In this document: one piece after another, positions 1 through 10,546 of the stretch
How positions within the stretch are numbered: the first letter of the stretch is position 1
Layout of the letters: each line of letters opens with the position of its first letter
Assembly (NCBI GenBank): GCA_046153685.1
Contig: JBJXGH010000191.1
Location: 2,750-66,749, forward strand
DNA from: Alphaproteobacteria bacterium
GTDB taxonomy: Bacteria; Pseudomonadota; Alphaproteobacteria; CADEGL01
DNA length: 64,000 nt
Direction: 5' to 3'
Program-made: the position numbers and the translations under genes
The notes under the pieces: model-generated
The model's database searches: none
What the model was told of the DNA's origin: nothing
The model's input: the letters and a program-made list of their open reading frames with translations, nothing else

Positions 1-351
1 GCGTTCGAGGATGCGCGCCGCTTTTCCAGTCAGGCCGCGAAGATAATAGAGCTTCGCGCGCGCGACCTGACCACGGCGCACGACCTCGATTTCCGCGATG
101 CGCGGACTATAAAGGGGAAAGACGCGCTCGACCCCTTCGCCGTAACTGATCTTGCGTACGGTGAAGGACGAATTCACGCCCGCCAAGCGGCGCGCGATGC
201 ACACGCCCTCGAAGGCCTGGACGCGCTCACGCGTGCCCTCGACGACCTTGACCTTGATGCGCAACGTATCGCCCGGCCGGAACGACGGGACGGCTCGGCT
301 GGCCGCGAGCTTCTCGGTCTGCTCTTGCTCGAGCTGCTGGATGATATTCAT
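1..351 (-). CDS. rplS: 50S ribosomal protein L19 (C-terminus runs off the window start)
   Basis: Own minus-strand translation from ATG at 349-351: [55 protein letters not shown]... It is absent from the ORF track only because no stop lies inside the window. It follows trmD as in the conserved rpsP-rimM-trmD-rplS operon. Confidence 0.9.
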   Translation of the reverse strand, partial: MNIIQQLEQEQTEKLAASRAVPSFRPGDTLRIKVKVVEGTRERVQAFEGVCIARRLAGVNSSFTVRKISYGEGVERVFPLYSPRIAEIEVVRRGQVARAKLYYLRGLTGKAARILER

Positions 352-354
352 GGT

Positions 355-1101
355 TCAACCCTTTCCTTCGCGATCGGCGGCGATGGCGCGCACCGAGAGA
401 TAGCGGTCCCACAGATCGGGGCGCCGCGCCTTGGTGATGTCTTCGGACTGCGCCTGACGCCAGGCGCGAACCCGTTCGTGATGGCCGCTGGTCAATACCT
501 CGTGCACCGCGCGCCCGTCCCAAACTTGTGGGCGCGTGTACTGGGGGTATTCGAGCAGGCCAGCCGAAAAGCTTTCCTCAACGAGCGATTCCTCGGCGCC
601 CATGACGCCCGGAAGCAGGCGCACGCAGGCATCGACGAGGCACATGGCCGCCAACTCGCCGCCCGAGAGAACGAAATCACCGAGGCTGATTTCCTCGACC
701 TCGCGCGCCTCGATCACGCGCGCGTCCACGCCTTCGTAACGCCCGCACAGCAGGATCGCGCCGGGCCCTGCCGCCAATTCGCGGCAGCGCGCCTGATCGA
801 ACGGCCGCCCGCGCGGAGTAAGATAGACCGCCGGACGGGCGCCGTCACCGGATTCGCCAAGAAGCGCGCGCGCATGGTCGAGCGCAGCGGCGGCAACATC
901 AGGGCGCATCACCAGACCGGGCCCGCCGCCGAACGGCGCGTCATCCACCGTGCCGTGACGATCGTGCGCGAACGCGCGCAAATCGACGGCATCGAGCGCC
1001 CAAACACCGCGATCGAGCGCACGCCCCGCGAGCGAGGCGCCAAGCGGCCCCGGAAACATCTCGGGAAAAATGGTCAACACGGTCGCGCTCCAGGCCATCA
1101 C
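355..1101 (-). CDS. trmD: tRNA (guanine37-N1)-methyltransferase
   Basis: 248-aa ORF with [15 protein letters not shown] and [13 protein letters not shown] motifs. The start is GTG at 1101 or ATG at 1098; both overlap the rimM stop (1098-1100). Operon context supports the call. Confidence 0.9.
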   Translation of the reverse strand: MMAWSATVLTIFPEMFPGPLGASLAGRALDRGVWALDAVDLRAFAHDRHGTVDDAPFGGGPGLVMRPDVAAAALDHARALLGESGDGARPAVYLTPRGRPFDQARCRELAAGPGAILLCGRYEGVDARVIEAREVEEISLGDFVLSGGELAAMCLVDACVRLLPGVMGAEESLVEESFSAGLLEYPQYTRPQVWDGRAVHEVLTSGHHERVRAWRQAQSEDITKARRPDLWDRYLSVRAIAADREGKG

Positions 1102-1649
1102 GACGCCTCCGCCTCGCGCGCGGGCAAGCCCTCGTCCGGGCGCGCGCCGTAGGGAATCTCGACCACGATACGCCCGCCAGGAATATCGACTGTCGGCACG
1201 GTCGCGTGCGAGAAGGGCAACATGATGGTCGTGCCATCCACGAGCGCGATCTCGAGCACTTCGCCCGCGCCGAAATCATAGCTTGCGGTCACCTGGCCGA
1301 TGCGTGCGCCGCGCGCGTCCTCGACCGCCAAACCCATCAAGTCCTCGACGTAGTATTCGTCGGGCCCCTCCGGCTGCGGCAAGGCTTGGCGCGCGACGTA
1401 AAGCCGCATGCCCTTCATTGCCTCGGCGGCGTTGCGGTCCGCGACGCCTCCAAGCCTGACGATTGCCATGCCGTCGGCCGCGCTCAGCACCGTGATCGCG
1501 AAGACGCGCGCTCCCGCCTCGTCCGCGACCGGCCCATAGGAAGCCACGTCAGCCGGTTCGACGGTGAAGGTCTTCACGCGCACGGCACCCTTGATGCCGT
1601 GCGCGCCCGCGACGACCCCCACACACAGTTTTTTTGCCCGCTCGGGCAT
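1098..1649 (-). CDS. rimM: 16S rRNA processing protein RimM
   Basis: 183-aa ORF with [22 protein letters not shown] near the N-terminus. It sits between rpsP and trmD. Confidence 0.85.
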   Translation of the reverse strand: MPERAKKLCVGVVAGAHGIKGAVRVKTFTVEPADVASYGPVADEAGARVFAITVLSAADGMAIVRLGGVADRNAAEAMKGMRLYVARQALPQPEGPDEYYVEDLMGLAVEDARGARIGQVTASYDFGAGEVLEIALVDGTTIMLPFSHATVPTVDIPGGRIVVEIPYGARPDEGLPAREAEAS

Positions 1650-1669
1650 GGCGCGCCTAACTTGGCCCT

Positions 1670-2089
1670 TCAGCCTTGCGCGGCGGCTTCGGGGGCTTCG
1701 GCGGCTTGCGCCGGCGCGGCGGTTTCCGCCGACGCGGCTGCCTTGGCCGCCTCGGCCTTGGCCGCTTCGATCGCGGCGAGACGTTCCAGCGCCTTCTTCT
1801 TGGGCAGATGCGCCTTTGTCGTTTCGTGGATCACGGGCTTCGGGCCCATGCCCGCCTTATGCAGGAAGTGCTGGATGCGCTCGGAAGGCTGCGCGCCCAC
1901 TGAAATCCAGTGCTTCATGCGCTCGGCGTCGAACTTGACGCGTTCGCCGCTGGCGCGCGGCAGCATCGGATCGTACGAGCCAAGCCGCTCGAGGAAGCGG
2001 CCGTCGCGCGGACTGCGGGAATCGGCGACCACGATCTTGTAATAGGGCCGCTTTTTCGCGCCGGCCCGGGTCAGGCGGATTTTCAGCAT
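1670..2089 (-). CDS. rpsP: 30S ribosomal protein S16
   Basis: MLKIRLTRAGAKKRPYYKIVVADSRSPRDGRFLERLGSYDP, followed by an Ala/Glu-rich C-terminal tail. Confidence 0.95.
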   Translation of the reverse strand: MLKIRLTRAGAKKRPYYKIVVADSRSPRDGRFLERLGSYDPMLPRASGERVKFDAERMKHWISVGAQPSERIQHFLHKAGMGPKPVIHETTKAHLPKKKALERLAAIEAAKAEAAKAAASAETAAPAQAAEAPEAAAQG

Positions 2090-2142
2090 GTGATGGCTCG
2101 TCTCCTTGGGGTTTCGCAGGATCGGGTTTTGTCGAATCGTCG

Positions 2143-3519
<1,377 letters not shown>

Positions 3520-3694
3520 GGGCTCCGGAAAACTGATCTACGCGACGATCCGAAATTGTCCGCGAACAGCCAAACGCCGCTGGCGCCAGTGCGCGAAACT
3601 CGCGGACTGGCGGACCCCCGAAAGGGCGAAGCGCCTGGATATTGTTAGGCGAGGCGGACCTTAAACCTGCCCTCGGCGCGCGTCAAGGCGTCCG

Positions 3695-4459
3695 TCAGTT
3701 TGGCTTACACATGCCCACGGAGCCCGGCCCGCAGCGCTTGCCATCGGTCCAGATGGCGCCGATGAAGGCGGCCCCGGCGAGATTGGCCTTCTCAAGGCGC
3801 GCGCCCTTGAGATTGGCGCCGACGAAATTGGCACCGCTCAAATCGGCTCCGATCAAACGCGCGCCGTCGAGATCGGCCCCGGCCAATTCGGCGCCCCGCA
3901 GGATGGCGCCGGACAAGTCGGACTTCACCATGATGGCTTGCACGAAACTCGCGCTGGTGAGATCCGCGCGGACGAAGACGGCGCGTTCGAGCCGGGCGTC
4001 CTCGAAATGCGCGGCGGTCAGACGCGTATCCGAAAAATCGGCGCCGTTGGCCCGCGATTTGAAGAACAGTGCGCGCTCCATGTCGGCGCGCGCAAAGCGC
4101 GCGCCTTCGAGATTGGCGCCGGAAAACGCGACGCCGCGCAGCTTGGCCGCCTCGAAGCGCGCGCGGGTAAGAATCGCATCGTAGAACATCGCGGCATAAA
4201 GATCGGCTCCGGCGAAATTGGCGTCCGCGAGATTGGCGCGGGCAAAGGTGGTTTCACCGAGCGCGGCGCGCGACAGATCGACGCCGGCAAGCGCCACGCC
4301 AGTCTTGTCGCAGCGCCGCCAATTTACCCCCGAGGCAGCGGGCGAATCACAATGCGCGCCGGGCGGCGCGGCAGCGGCGGGAATGGCGCGCGCACTCGGC
4401 CACAGGGCCAGAGCAAGCGCGCACGCAGCGGCGCGCACGCCGAAGGCGTATCCCATCAT
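3695..4459 (-). CDS. secreted pentapeptide-repeat protein (paralogue 2)
   Basis: Long run of A(D/N)LxG-type pentapeptides (ANLADANFAGADLYAA...GADLSGANFVGANLKGARLEKANL). Likely start is ATG at 4457-4459 (MMGYAFGVRAAACALALALWPSARA, signal-like), overlapping the upstream stop as ATGA. The track ORF extends to 4522. Confidence 0.8.
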   Translation of the reverse strand: MMGYAFGVRAAACALALALWPSARAIPAAAAPPGAHCDSPAASGVNWRRCDKTGVALAGVDLSRAALGETTFARANLADANFAGADLYAAMFYDAILTRARFEAAKLRGVAFSGANLEGARFARADMERALFFKSRANGADFSDTRLTAAHFEDARLERAVFVRADLTSASFVQAIMVKSDLSGAILRGAELAGADLDGARLIGADLSGANFVGANLKGARLEKANLAGAAFIGAIWTDGKRCGPGSVGMCKPN

Positions 4460-5025
4460 TTCGCGCGCTCCGCCTTGCAGCCGCCGATCGAGCCCGCGCC
4501 GCATATTCGGCCGCCGGACCAACGCGCGTGCGTCAAATTGGCGCCCTCGAAGCGCGCACCCGCGAGGCGAGCGCCCTGGAAATCGGCGCCCACCAGATAG
4601 GCGTCGCGGAAATCGGCATCCGAGAGATCCGCTCCCGCCAAGCTCGCGCCCGGAAGGCTGATGCCTTCGAGCTTGGCGCCGCGCAACGAGGCGAGGGACA
4701 AATCCACGCCGCCCGCGCGCGCCGCCGAAAGATCCGCGCCATCAAGGCGCGCTCCGACAAGACGCGCCTCCCGGATATTGGCTTGGCGCAGGACCGCGCG
4801 CGCGAAATCGGCGCCCGCGAGATCGGCGCCGTCAAAACGCGCGCGGGTGAATTCTCCACCGCTCAAATCCGCGCGCGCCAAGCGAAGGCGCGACTTGACG
4901 CAACCCTGCCAATCGACGCCCGCCGCCGCCGCGTCGGCGCAAGCCGCGAGCGATATCCCTGGATCGGCCAGCGACATCGCCGCCGCGGCGCACGGCGCAA
5001 GAGCCAGATGTGCCCATCGCCTCAC
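4456..5025 (-). CDS. secreted pentapeptide-repeat protein (paralogue 1)
   Basis: 189 aa with a hydrophobic N-terminus (LALAPCAAAAMSLA) followed by pentapeptide repeats. The GTG start (5023-5025) overlaps the CGNR gene stop (5022-5024) as GTGA. Confidence 0.8.
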   Translation of the reverse strand: MRRWAHLALAPCAAAAMSLADPGISLAACADAAAAGVDWQGCVKSRLRLARADLSGGEFTRARFDGADLAGADFARAVLRQANIREARLVGARLDGADLSAARAGGVDLSLASLRGAKLEGISLPGASLAGADLSDADFRDAYLVGADFQGARLAGARFEGANLTHARWSGGRICGAGSIGGCKAERAK

Positions 5026-5678
5026 GACTTTTCCGCCTCATCGTTTCCGCCCGCGGCGCGCTTGGCGAGAAAACGCCGCGCCTTCGCCCTGTTGCCGCAG
5101 ATTTCCATCTCGCACCAGCGGCGCGAGCCGTTCTTGGATCGGTCGATGAACAGCCAGCCGCATGCGTGACCGCCGCATTCCTTGAGGCGACCGAGCTCTG
5201 CGCCCGTGAGCACCTCCGCGCCTTCGTGCGCGATGGCCCAAAGCGGCGATTCGAGCGCGTCGTGCTCCCAGCGCCACGCGAACCCAGTACTAGCGGGCGC
5301 CAAAGTTGCGCGTTTCCCGGCGCGCCCGAGCGCGGCATTGAACGACGCGAGCGCTTCGGGCGACGGCATTCCGCCCCGCGCGACGGCGGCAAAGACATTG
5401 TGCATCGCCTCGCGCATTTCGCGGCCGCGCTCGACCGCCCGCGCGGCCTTCTCGGGCTTCGCGACGGCACGCCTAGACAGCCGCCCGGCCCGCGCCTCGT
5501 CCAGCATGCCCGCCCGGAAGGCCCATGCCAGCAAATCCGCGTAATCGACCAGGCGGTCGCGCGCGCCGGCAACGCCCCGCCCGCTCAGCGTGTTGACGAA
5601 ATCGAGACAGGCCTCGCCCGCCAAGAACTTGGCGCTGGCCATATGCGCGGTTTGCGCCGGGAAAATTACAGCCGCCAT
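5022..5678 (-). CDS. CGNR zinc-finger (ABATE/zf-CGNR) domain protein
   Basis: C-terminal CGGHACGWLFIDRSKNGSRRWCEMEICGNRAKARRF is the CGNR zinc-finger signature. Start chosen at Met21 (ATG 5676-5678) with GAAGAGG upstream. The track ORF extends to 5738 into an AT-rich non-coding-looking stretch. Confidence 0.8.
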   Translation of the reverse strand: MAAVIFPAQTAHMASAKFLAGEACLDFVNTLSGRGVAGARDRLVDYADLLAWAFRAGMLDEARAGRLSRRAVAKPEKAARAVERGREMREAMHNVFAAVARGGMPSPEALASFNAALGRAGKRATLAPASTGFAWRWEHDALESPLWAIAHEGAEVLTGAELGRLKECGGHACGWLFIDRSKNGSRRWCEMEICGNRAKARRFLAKRAAGGNDEAEKS

Positions 5679-5719
5679 GTCATTTCGGCCTCTTCGATAA
5701 CCTGTAAAATAGTGTTTAA

Positions 5720-5744
5720 TAGTTATATCTAATTGCAATAACTA
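5720..5744. promoter_or_regulatory. 7-bp inverted repeat TAGTTAT-N11-ATAACTA inside an AT-rich island upstream of the CGNR operon
   Basis: Read directly: tagttat (5720-5726) and ataacta (5738-5744) are exact reverse complements. About 80 bp around them (roughly 5695-5775) is strongly AT-rich in an otherwise GC-rich window. Function is not established. Confidence 0.3.
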
Positions 5745-5855
5745 ATAAAAGACTTTTTATCGGTTAATGATGGCGCCAATGTTCCGAACAAAATGCGGGC
5801 ACGGCGCCGCGGCACCGGATACATGCCGGGCCCTGCTGCTCTCGGCGTCCGGGAA

Positions 5856-7001
5856 TCAGGGGCGGAAGTGTTTGCCGAGCGCCAAGCTCTGGCGCTGGTA
5901 ATTCGAGCCGATGCCCTGGCCGTAGAGCTTTTCGGGCACGGCCAGCATGCGCTCGAACACCAGACGGCCGACGATTTGGCCGTCCTCGATGATGAAGGGC
6001 ACATCGTGCGAGCGAACCTCGAGCACGGCGCGGGCGCGCGATTTTCCGTCCTCGGCGAAACCGAATCCCGGATCGAAGAAGCCCGCGTAGTGGACGCGGA
6101 ACTCGCCGACCAGGGAGTCGAAGGCGACCATCTCGGCCGCATGATCGGGCGGCACGCTGACGGTTTCCTTGGACGCCAAGATATAGAAATCGTCGGGATC
6201 GAGGATGAGGGTGCGGCGCGTATTGGCGTGGACGCGCTCCCAAAACTCGTCCGTCGCGTAGCCGCCCACATTGGCGACATCGATGACGCCGGCATGGGTC
6301 TTGGCGCGAAAGCCGACGAGGCCGGTTTCACCGTCACCCGCCAAATCGACCGTAAGGGGCAAGGACCCCCGGCCGAGGCTTTCCGGGTCGAGCGCACGGT
6401 CAACGATTTCCGCCTCGCCGATCAAGCGTTCAAGCGCGGCGCGCGTCGCCACGGGCGCGCCGCGGCGCAGGCGAAGCTGGTTCAGGCGCGAGCCCTCGCG
6501 CACCACGACCGAGAACGCGCACGGGCTGATTTCGGCATATAGGGGCCCGTGATAGCCGCGCCGGATGCGCTCGAACTCGACGGCGTGATCGGTGATGACG
6601 CGGGTGAAGATATTGAGCCGGCCGGTCGAACTCTTGGGATTGCACAGGCCCGAGATCTCGGCCTTGAGGGCGAGGTGTTCCATCAAAGGCACGATATAGA
6701 CGCAGCCCTTTTCCAGAATCGCGCCCTGGGACAGATCGATGCGCGTGGCGTCGAGTTCCTTCAACTTCTGCGCGACCGTGGAAGCCTTGCCCGGCAGGAA
6801 GCTCGCGCGAACCCGGTAGGCGTGATCGCCAAGGCGCAGATCGAGGCTCGCGGGTTGAAACTGTCCGTCCTCTATGTCGATGGCCGCGCGGATATCGCCG
6901 ACCTGCGCCAATTGGCGCAGCATCTGCGAGGGCAAGATGCCCGTGCCGATCGCGGCGGGCCTGGACGGCGCATCGGCGGGAAACAGCGCGCTGACGGTCA
7001 T
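5856..7001 (-). CDS. 2'-deoxycytidine 5'-triphosphate deaminase, long (about 380 aa) DCD-family form
   Basis: 381 aa, resembling two dCTP-deaminase/dUTPase-like halves (GCVYIVPLMEHL...NPKSSTGRLNIFTRV and ILASKETVSVPPDHAAEMVAFD...EFRVHYAGFFDPGFG). Recognised from memory of the alphaproteobacterial DCD family. Confidence 0.7.
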   Translation of the reverse strand: MTVSALFPADAPSRPAAIGTGILPSQMLRQLAQVGDIRAAIDIEDGQFQPASLDLRLGDHAYRVRASFLPGKASTVAQKLKELDATRIDLSQGAILEKGCVYIVPLMEHLALKAEISGLCNPKSSTGRLNIFTRVITDHAVEFERIRRGYHGPLYAEISPCAFSVVVREGSRLNQLRLRRGAPVATRAALERLIGEAEIVDRALDPESLGRGSLPLTVDLAGDGETGLVGFRAKTHAGVIDVANVGGYATDEFWERVHANTRRTLILDPDDFYILASKETVSVPPDHAAEMVAFDSLVGEFRVHYAGFFDPGFGFAEDGKSRARAVLEVRSHDVPFIIEDGQIVGRLVFERMLAVPEKLYGQGIGSNYQRQSLALGKHFRP

Positions 7002-7300
7002 GGACGGGGAAATACCCGGATGCGGTTGTGCTCCGGGCAGACTACACCGGATGGTCGATATTGTCGCAAAATTTCAATGCTTTGTGCGTCGAATCCGCGC
7101 GCACTATGCGCACCGTTCCATCCCCCGTCGCGCTTTTGCCAAGTCAAATGATGGGCATGGAAATTCGCACTGTCCCCGCTATCCACACCGCGACGTTCGC
7201 TTGGCGTTGTGGATGGCGCAAGCGAATGGCGGCGCCTTGCGCCGCGCGCGCGCCTGTGGTGATTTTGCGTCAACTCCCTGCCCCGTCCCGCGAGGAAACC

Positions 7301-8266
7301 ATGGCGCATTCCCTGCTCGAAGGCTCGTTCGTCGCGCTGCTGACGCCGTTCAACCGGAATGAAACCGTCGATTTCGAAGGATTCCGCACCTTGCTCGATT
7401 TCCAGCGCACCCATGGTTCCTCCGCGGTGCTGCTCATGGGCTCGACGGGCGAAGCATCCATGCTCGCGACCGAGGAGAAGATGGAGATCGTCTCGCGCAC
7501 GGTGAAGATGCGCCAAGGCGCGATGCAGCTATGGTACGGCGCCACCGGCAACAATACCGCGAATACGATCAAGCAAGCCAAGCACGCCTCGGAAGAGGGC
7601 GCGGATGGCATCGTCATCACCATTCCGTCCTATGTCGTGCCGTCGGAGGACGAGGCCGTGCGCTTCTTCCTCGATATCGCCGACGCTTCGACCATACCGG
7701 TCGGCGTGTACAACAATCCGACGCGGGTGAAGACCGATCTTTCGGCCGCCGCCATGATCCGCATCGCCGATCACCCGAACATCGTGCTGCTGAAGGAGGC
7801 GACCTCGCGCGGCGACCAGATCGGCCGGATTGTGCAAGCCAACAAGCATCTTTCGATCATGTGCTGTGATTCGCCCAATCTCGGCCTGTGCATGCAGGTG
7901 ATGGCGTTGGGCGGGCACGGCACGGCCAATATGGGTGGCAATATCATCCCCGCCGAGATGGCGACGATTTCGCGGAAGTGGCGCAGCTTCGCCGATGCCG
8001 AGAACTTCCGCGAAACCTATCTGCGCGTCCTGCCGCTGCTGCATTTCCACTACTCGGCGATCAATCCGGTCGCGGTCAAGTCGCTCGCCCGGGCGCTCGG
8101 CCTGCCGGCGGGGCCGTTTCGCAAGCCCTTGCTGGGTCTGCCCGAGGACAGGCTAAAGGCCGGCATCGAAATCGTCCGCGAACTCGGCCTCGACAAGAAA
8201 TACGGCTATTCGCTCGACGGCGGCAAAGCCCGGCTGATCTCCCTGCCCGCCCGGGCGGCCGAATAG
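7301..8266 (+). CDS. dihydrodipicolinate synthase family (DapA-like) lyase
   Basis: Start is ATG 7301 after GAGGAA. Motifs LLMGSTGEASMLATEE, YNNPTRV and LLKEATS (Schiff-base Lys context) fit the DapA/NAL family. Whether this is the housekeeping dapA is not decidable here. Confidence 0.75.
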   Translation: MAHSLLEGSFVALLTPFNRNETVDFEGFRTLLDFQRTHGSSAVLLMGSTGEASMLATEEKMEIVSRTVKMRQGAMQLWYGATGNNTANTIKQAKHASEEGADGIVITIPSYVVPSEDEAVRFFLDIADASTIPVGVYNNPTRVKTDLSAAAMIRIADHPNIVLLKEATSRGDQIGRIVQANKHLSIMCCDSPNLGLCMQVMALGGHGTANMGGNIIPAEMATISRKWRSFADAENFRETYLRVLPLLHFHYSAINPVAVKSLARALGLPAGPFRKPLLGLPEDRLKAGIEIVRELGLDKKYGYSLDGGKARLISLPARAAE

Positions 8267-8379
8267 CGCGCTATAGCCTTGGGTTCCGCCCTCGGGCGGG
8301 CCATATTCAACCCAACCGTCGCGTCTCCAGTCCGTGCCGCGGACGGAACCAGAAACCCGTGCCCAGCGAAGCTTCCGCT

Positions 8380-9312
8380 ATGACGAACGCAATGGCCCAT
8401 GGGAACGCCGCCAAGCCGCAAGCCGCGACATCGCGCGCGGCCCTCGAGACGTCGGCGCCATTGGCATTCATGAAGATGCACGGCCTCGGCAATGATTTCG
8501 TCGTATTCGACGCGCGCACGACCGGGCTTCAGCTGACCGACCAGCAAGCGCGCGCCATCGCCGACCGGCGCACGGGGGTGGGCTGCGATCAAATCATCAC
8601 CATTTGCCGCGCCGAGGCCGCGGACGGTTTCATGCGCATCCAAAATGCCGATGGCGCCGAGGTCGAGGCGTGCGGCAACGCGGCGCGTTGCGTCGGCGAT
8701 CTGTTGATGCGCGAAAGCGGCGCCCAGCGCGCGACCATCGAGACGGTCGCGGGCATGCTCGCCGCCGAACGTGTATCCGGCGGCCGGATCGCGGTCGATA
8801 TGGGACCGGCAAAACTCGATTGGCGCGACATCCCGCTCGCGCGCGAATGCGATACCTTGCATGTACCCTTCGAACTCGGTGGATTTTCCGACCCGGTCGC
8901 CGTGAACATGGGCAATCCGCACATCGTGTTCCTGGTCGCGGACGTCGAAACCGTGCCATTGGCCGAGCTTGGTCCGCGAATCGAACACGACGCCCTGTTT
9001 CCCCGGCGCACGAACGTCGAGTTCGTCCAAGTGCTGGATCGCGCACGCCTGCGCATGCGCGTCTGGGAACGCGGCGTCGGCATCACGCGCGCCTGCGGCT
9101 CGGGCGCCTGTGCCGCCGCCGTCGCCGCCGCGCGCCGGGGCTTGGCCGAGCGCCAGGTCGAGATCGTGCTCGACGGCGGCTCGCTCGAACTCGCATGGCG
9201 CGCCGACTGCCATGTCCTGATGACCGGCCCGGTGGCGCTGAGCTTCAGGGGCGAGCTCAATGCGGCGGCGATCCACGCCATGAGCGCCGGCATCGCGAGC
9301 TCCGACGCATGA
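8380..9312 (+). CDS. dapF: diaminopimelate epimerase
   Basis: FMKMHGLGNDFVVFD, ACGNAARC and TRACGSGACAA (the two catalytic Cys contexts). Start 8380 is the first in-frame ATG after the upstream gene; 8389 or later is possible. Confidence 0.9.
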   Translation: MTNAMAHGNAAKPQAATSRAALETSAPLAFMKMHGLGNDFVVFDARTTGLQLTDQQARAIADRRTGVGCDQIITICRAEAADGFMRIQNADGAEVEACGNAARCVGDLLMRESGAQRATIETVAGMLAAERVSGGRIAVDMGPAKLDWRDIPLARECDTLHVPFELGGFSDPVAVNMGNPHIVFLVADVETVPLAELGPRIEHDALFPRRTNVEFVQVLDRARLRMRVWERGVGITRACGSGACAAAVAAARRGLAERQVEIVLDGGSLELAWRADCHVLMTGPVALSFRGELNAAAIHAMSAGIASSDA

Positions 9313-10538
9313 GCCGAGTCGTCACCTTCGGATGCCGGCTGAATGCCTTCGAATCCGAAGTCATCAAGTCGCTGACCCGCGGCGAGGACGGCACGATCAT
9401 CGTCAATACCTGCGCGGTTACGGCCGAGGCCGAGCGCCAAGCGCGCCAGGCGATTCGCAAGCTCCGGCGCGAGAACCCCGATGCGCGCATCGTGGTAACC
9501 GGCTGCGCGGCTCAGATCGACCCCGCTTCCTACGCCGCCATGCCCGAGATCGATCGGGTGATCGGCAATGCCGAAAAGCTCGATGCCCGGAGCTATGCCG
9601 GCGCTGAACGCCTGGCGGTCGGCGACATCATGATTGCGCGCGACACGGCCGAACATCTGATAGCCGGATTCGGCACGCGCGCCCGCGCCATCGTCCAGGC
9701 GCAGAACGGCTGCGATCATCGCTGCACTTTCTGCATCATCCCGTTCGGGCGCGGCCCTAGCCGCAGCGTGGCCTTGGGAGCGCTGGCCCGCCAAGTGCGC
9801 GCGCTCGCCGAAGACGGCGTGCGCGAAGTCGTGATCTCGGGCGTCGACCTCACGTCCTGGGGCGAGGATCTTCCAGGCAAACCCGGCCTTGGACAAATGG
9901 TGCGCCGCCTTCTGGCCGCCGTGCCCGAGCTCGAACGCCTGCGCCTGTCGTCCTTCGACGTCGCCGAGGCGGGCGAGGATTTGCTGCGCGCGATCGCCGA
10001 GGAGCCGCGGCTCATGCCGCATTTCCATCTATCGCTCCAGTCGGGCGACGACATGATCCTCAAACGCATGAAGCGCCGACACGGCCGGGCCGATGCCGTC
10101 GGGTTTTGCGAACGCGCACGCGCGCTCCGCCCCGGCATCACCTTCGGCGCCGATTTCATCGCGGGATTCCCGACCGAGACCGAGGCCATGTTCGCGCGCA
10201 CGCTCGACCTCGTGGACGAATGCGGATTGACCTTCCTCCACGTCTTTCCCTATTCCGCGCGCCGCGGCACACCGGCCGCGCGCATGCCGCAAGTGCCCAA
10301 AGCCGCGCGCCAGGAACGCGCCTTGCGGCTGCGCGAAGCCGGCGGCCGCGCGCTCGACACCCATCTCGCGCGCCGAGTGGGCAGCGCCGCCAGCGTGCTG
10401 GTCGAAACCCCGCGCTTCGGCCGCGACCGCGATTACGCCCCCGTCCGTCTCGATCGTGACGCGGCGCCGGGCTCGGTGGTGGCCGCGCGGGTCATGGGCG
10501 CGGATGCGGGCGAGCTTCGCGCCGCGCTCGTGGGCTAG
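9309..10538 (+). CDS. mtaB: tRNA (t6A37) methylthiotransferase MtaB (radical SAM)
   Basis: MSRVVTFGCRLNAFESE N-terminus and radical-SAM CDHRCTFCIIP. ATG 9309 overlaps the dapF stop (ATGA). dapF-mtaB-ftsY synteny supports the call. Confidence 0.85.
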   Translation: MSRVVTFGCRLNAFESEVIKSLTRGEDGTIIVNTCAVTAEAERQARQAIRKLRRENPDARIVVTGCAAQIDPASYAAMPEIDRVIGNAEKLDARSYAGAERLAVGDIMIARDTAEHLIAGFGTRARAIVQAQNGCDHRCTFCIIPFGRGPSRSVALGALARQVRALAEDGVREVVISGVDLTSWGEDLPGKPGLGQMVRRLLAAVPELERLRLSSFDVAEAGEDLLRAIAEEPRLMPHFHLSLQSGDDMILKRMKRRHGRADAVGFCERARALRPGITFGADFIAGFPTETEAMFARTLDLVDECGLTFLHVFPYSARRGTPAARMPQVPKAARQERALRLREAGGRALDTHLARRVGSAASVLVETPRFGRDRDYAPVRLDRDAAPGSVVAARVMGADAGELRAALVG

Positions 10539-10546
10539 GACTTCCC

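Noticed and set aside
3695-5025. Pentapeptide-repeat genes as Qnr/MfpA-type quinolone-resistance determinants
   Set aside because: Both proteins have signal-like N-termini and paired Cys caps suggesting periplasmic disulfide-bonded proteins. They are not cytoplasmic gyrase-mimicking factors, and nothing else supports a resistance role.
7301-8266. Calling this gene the housekeeping dapA because it precedes dapF
   Set aside because: The DapA/NAL family is functionally diverse, and sequence motifs alone do not separate DHDPS from related lyases. I kept the family-level call.
8589-10028. 479-aa minus-strand ORF, plus the long N-terminal extensions of track ORFs 7888-9312 and 8604-10538
   Set aside because: They overlap dapF and mtaB in the wrong frame or strand. 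The N-terminal extensions are Arg-rich and run through the upstream genes. Internal ATG starts giving canonical N-termini were chosen instead.
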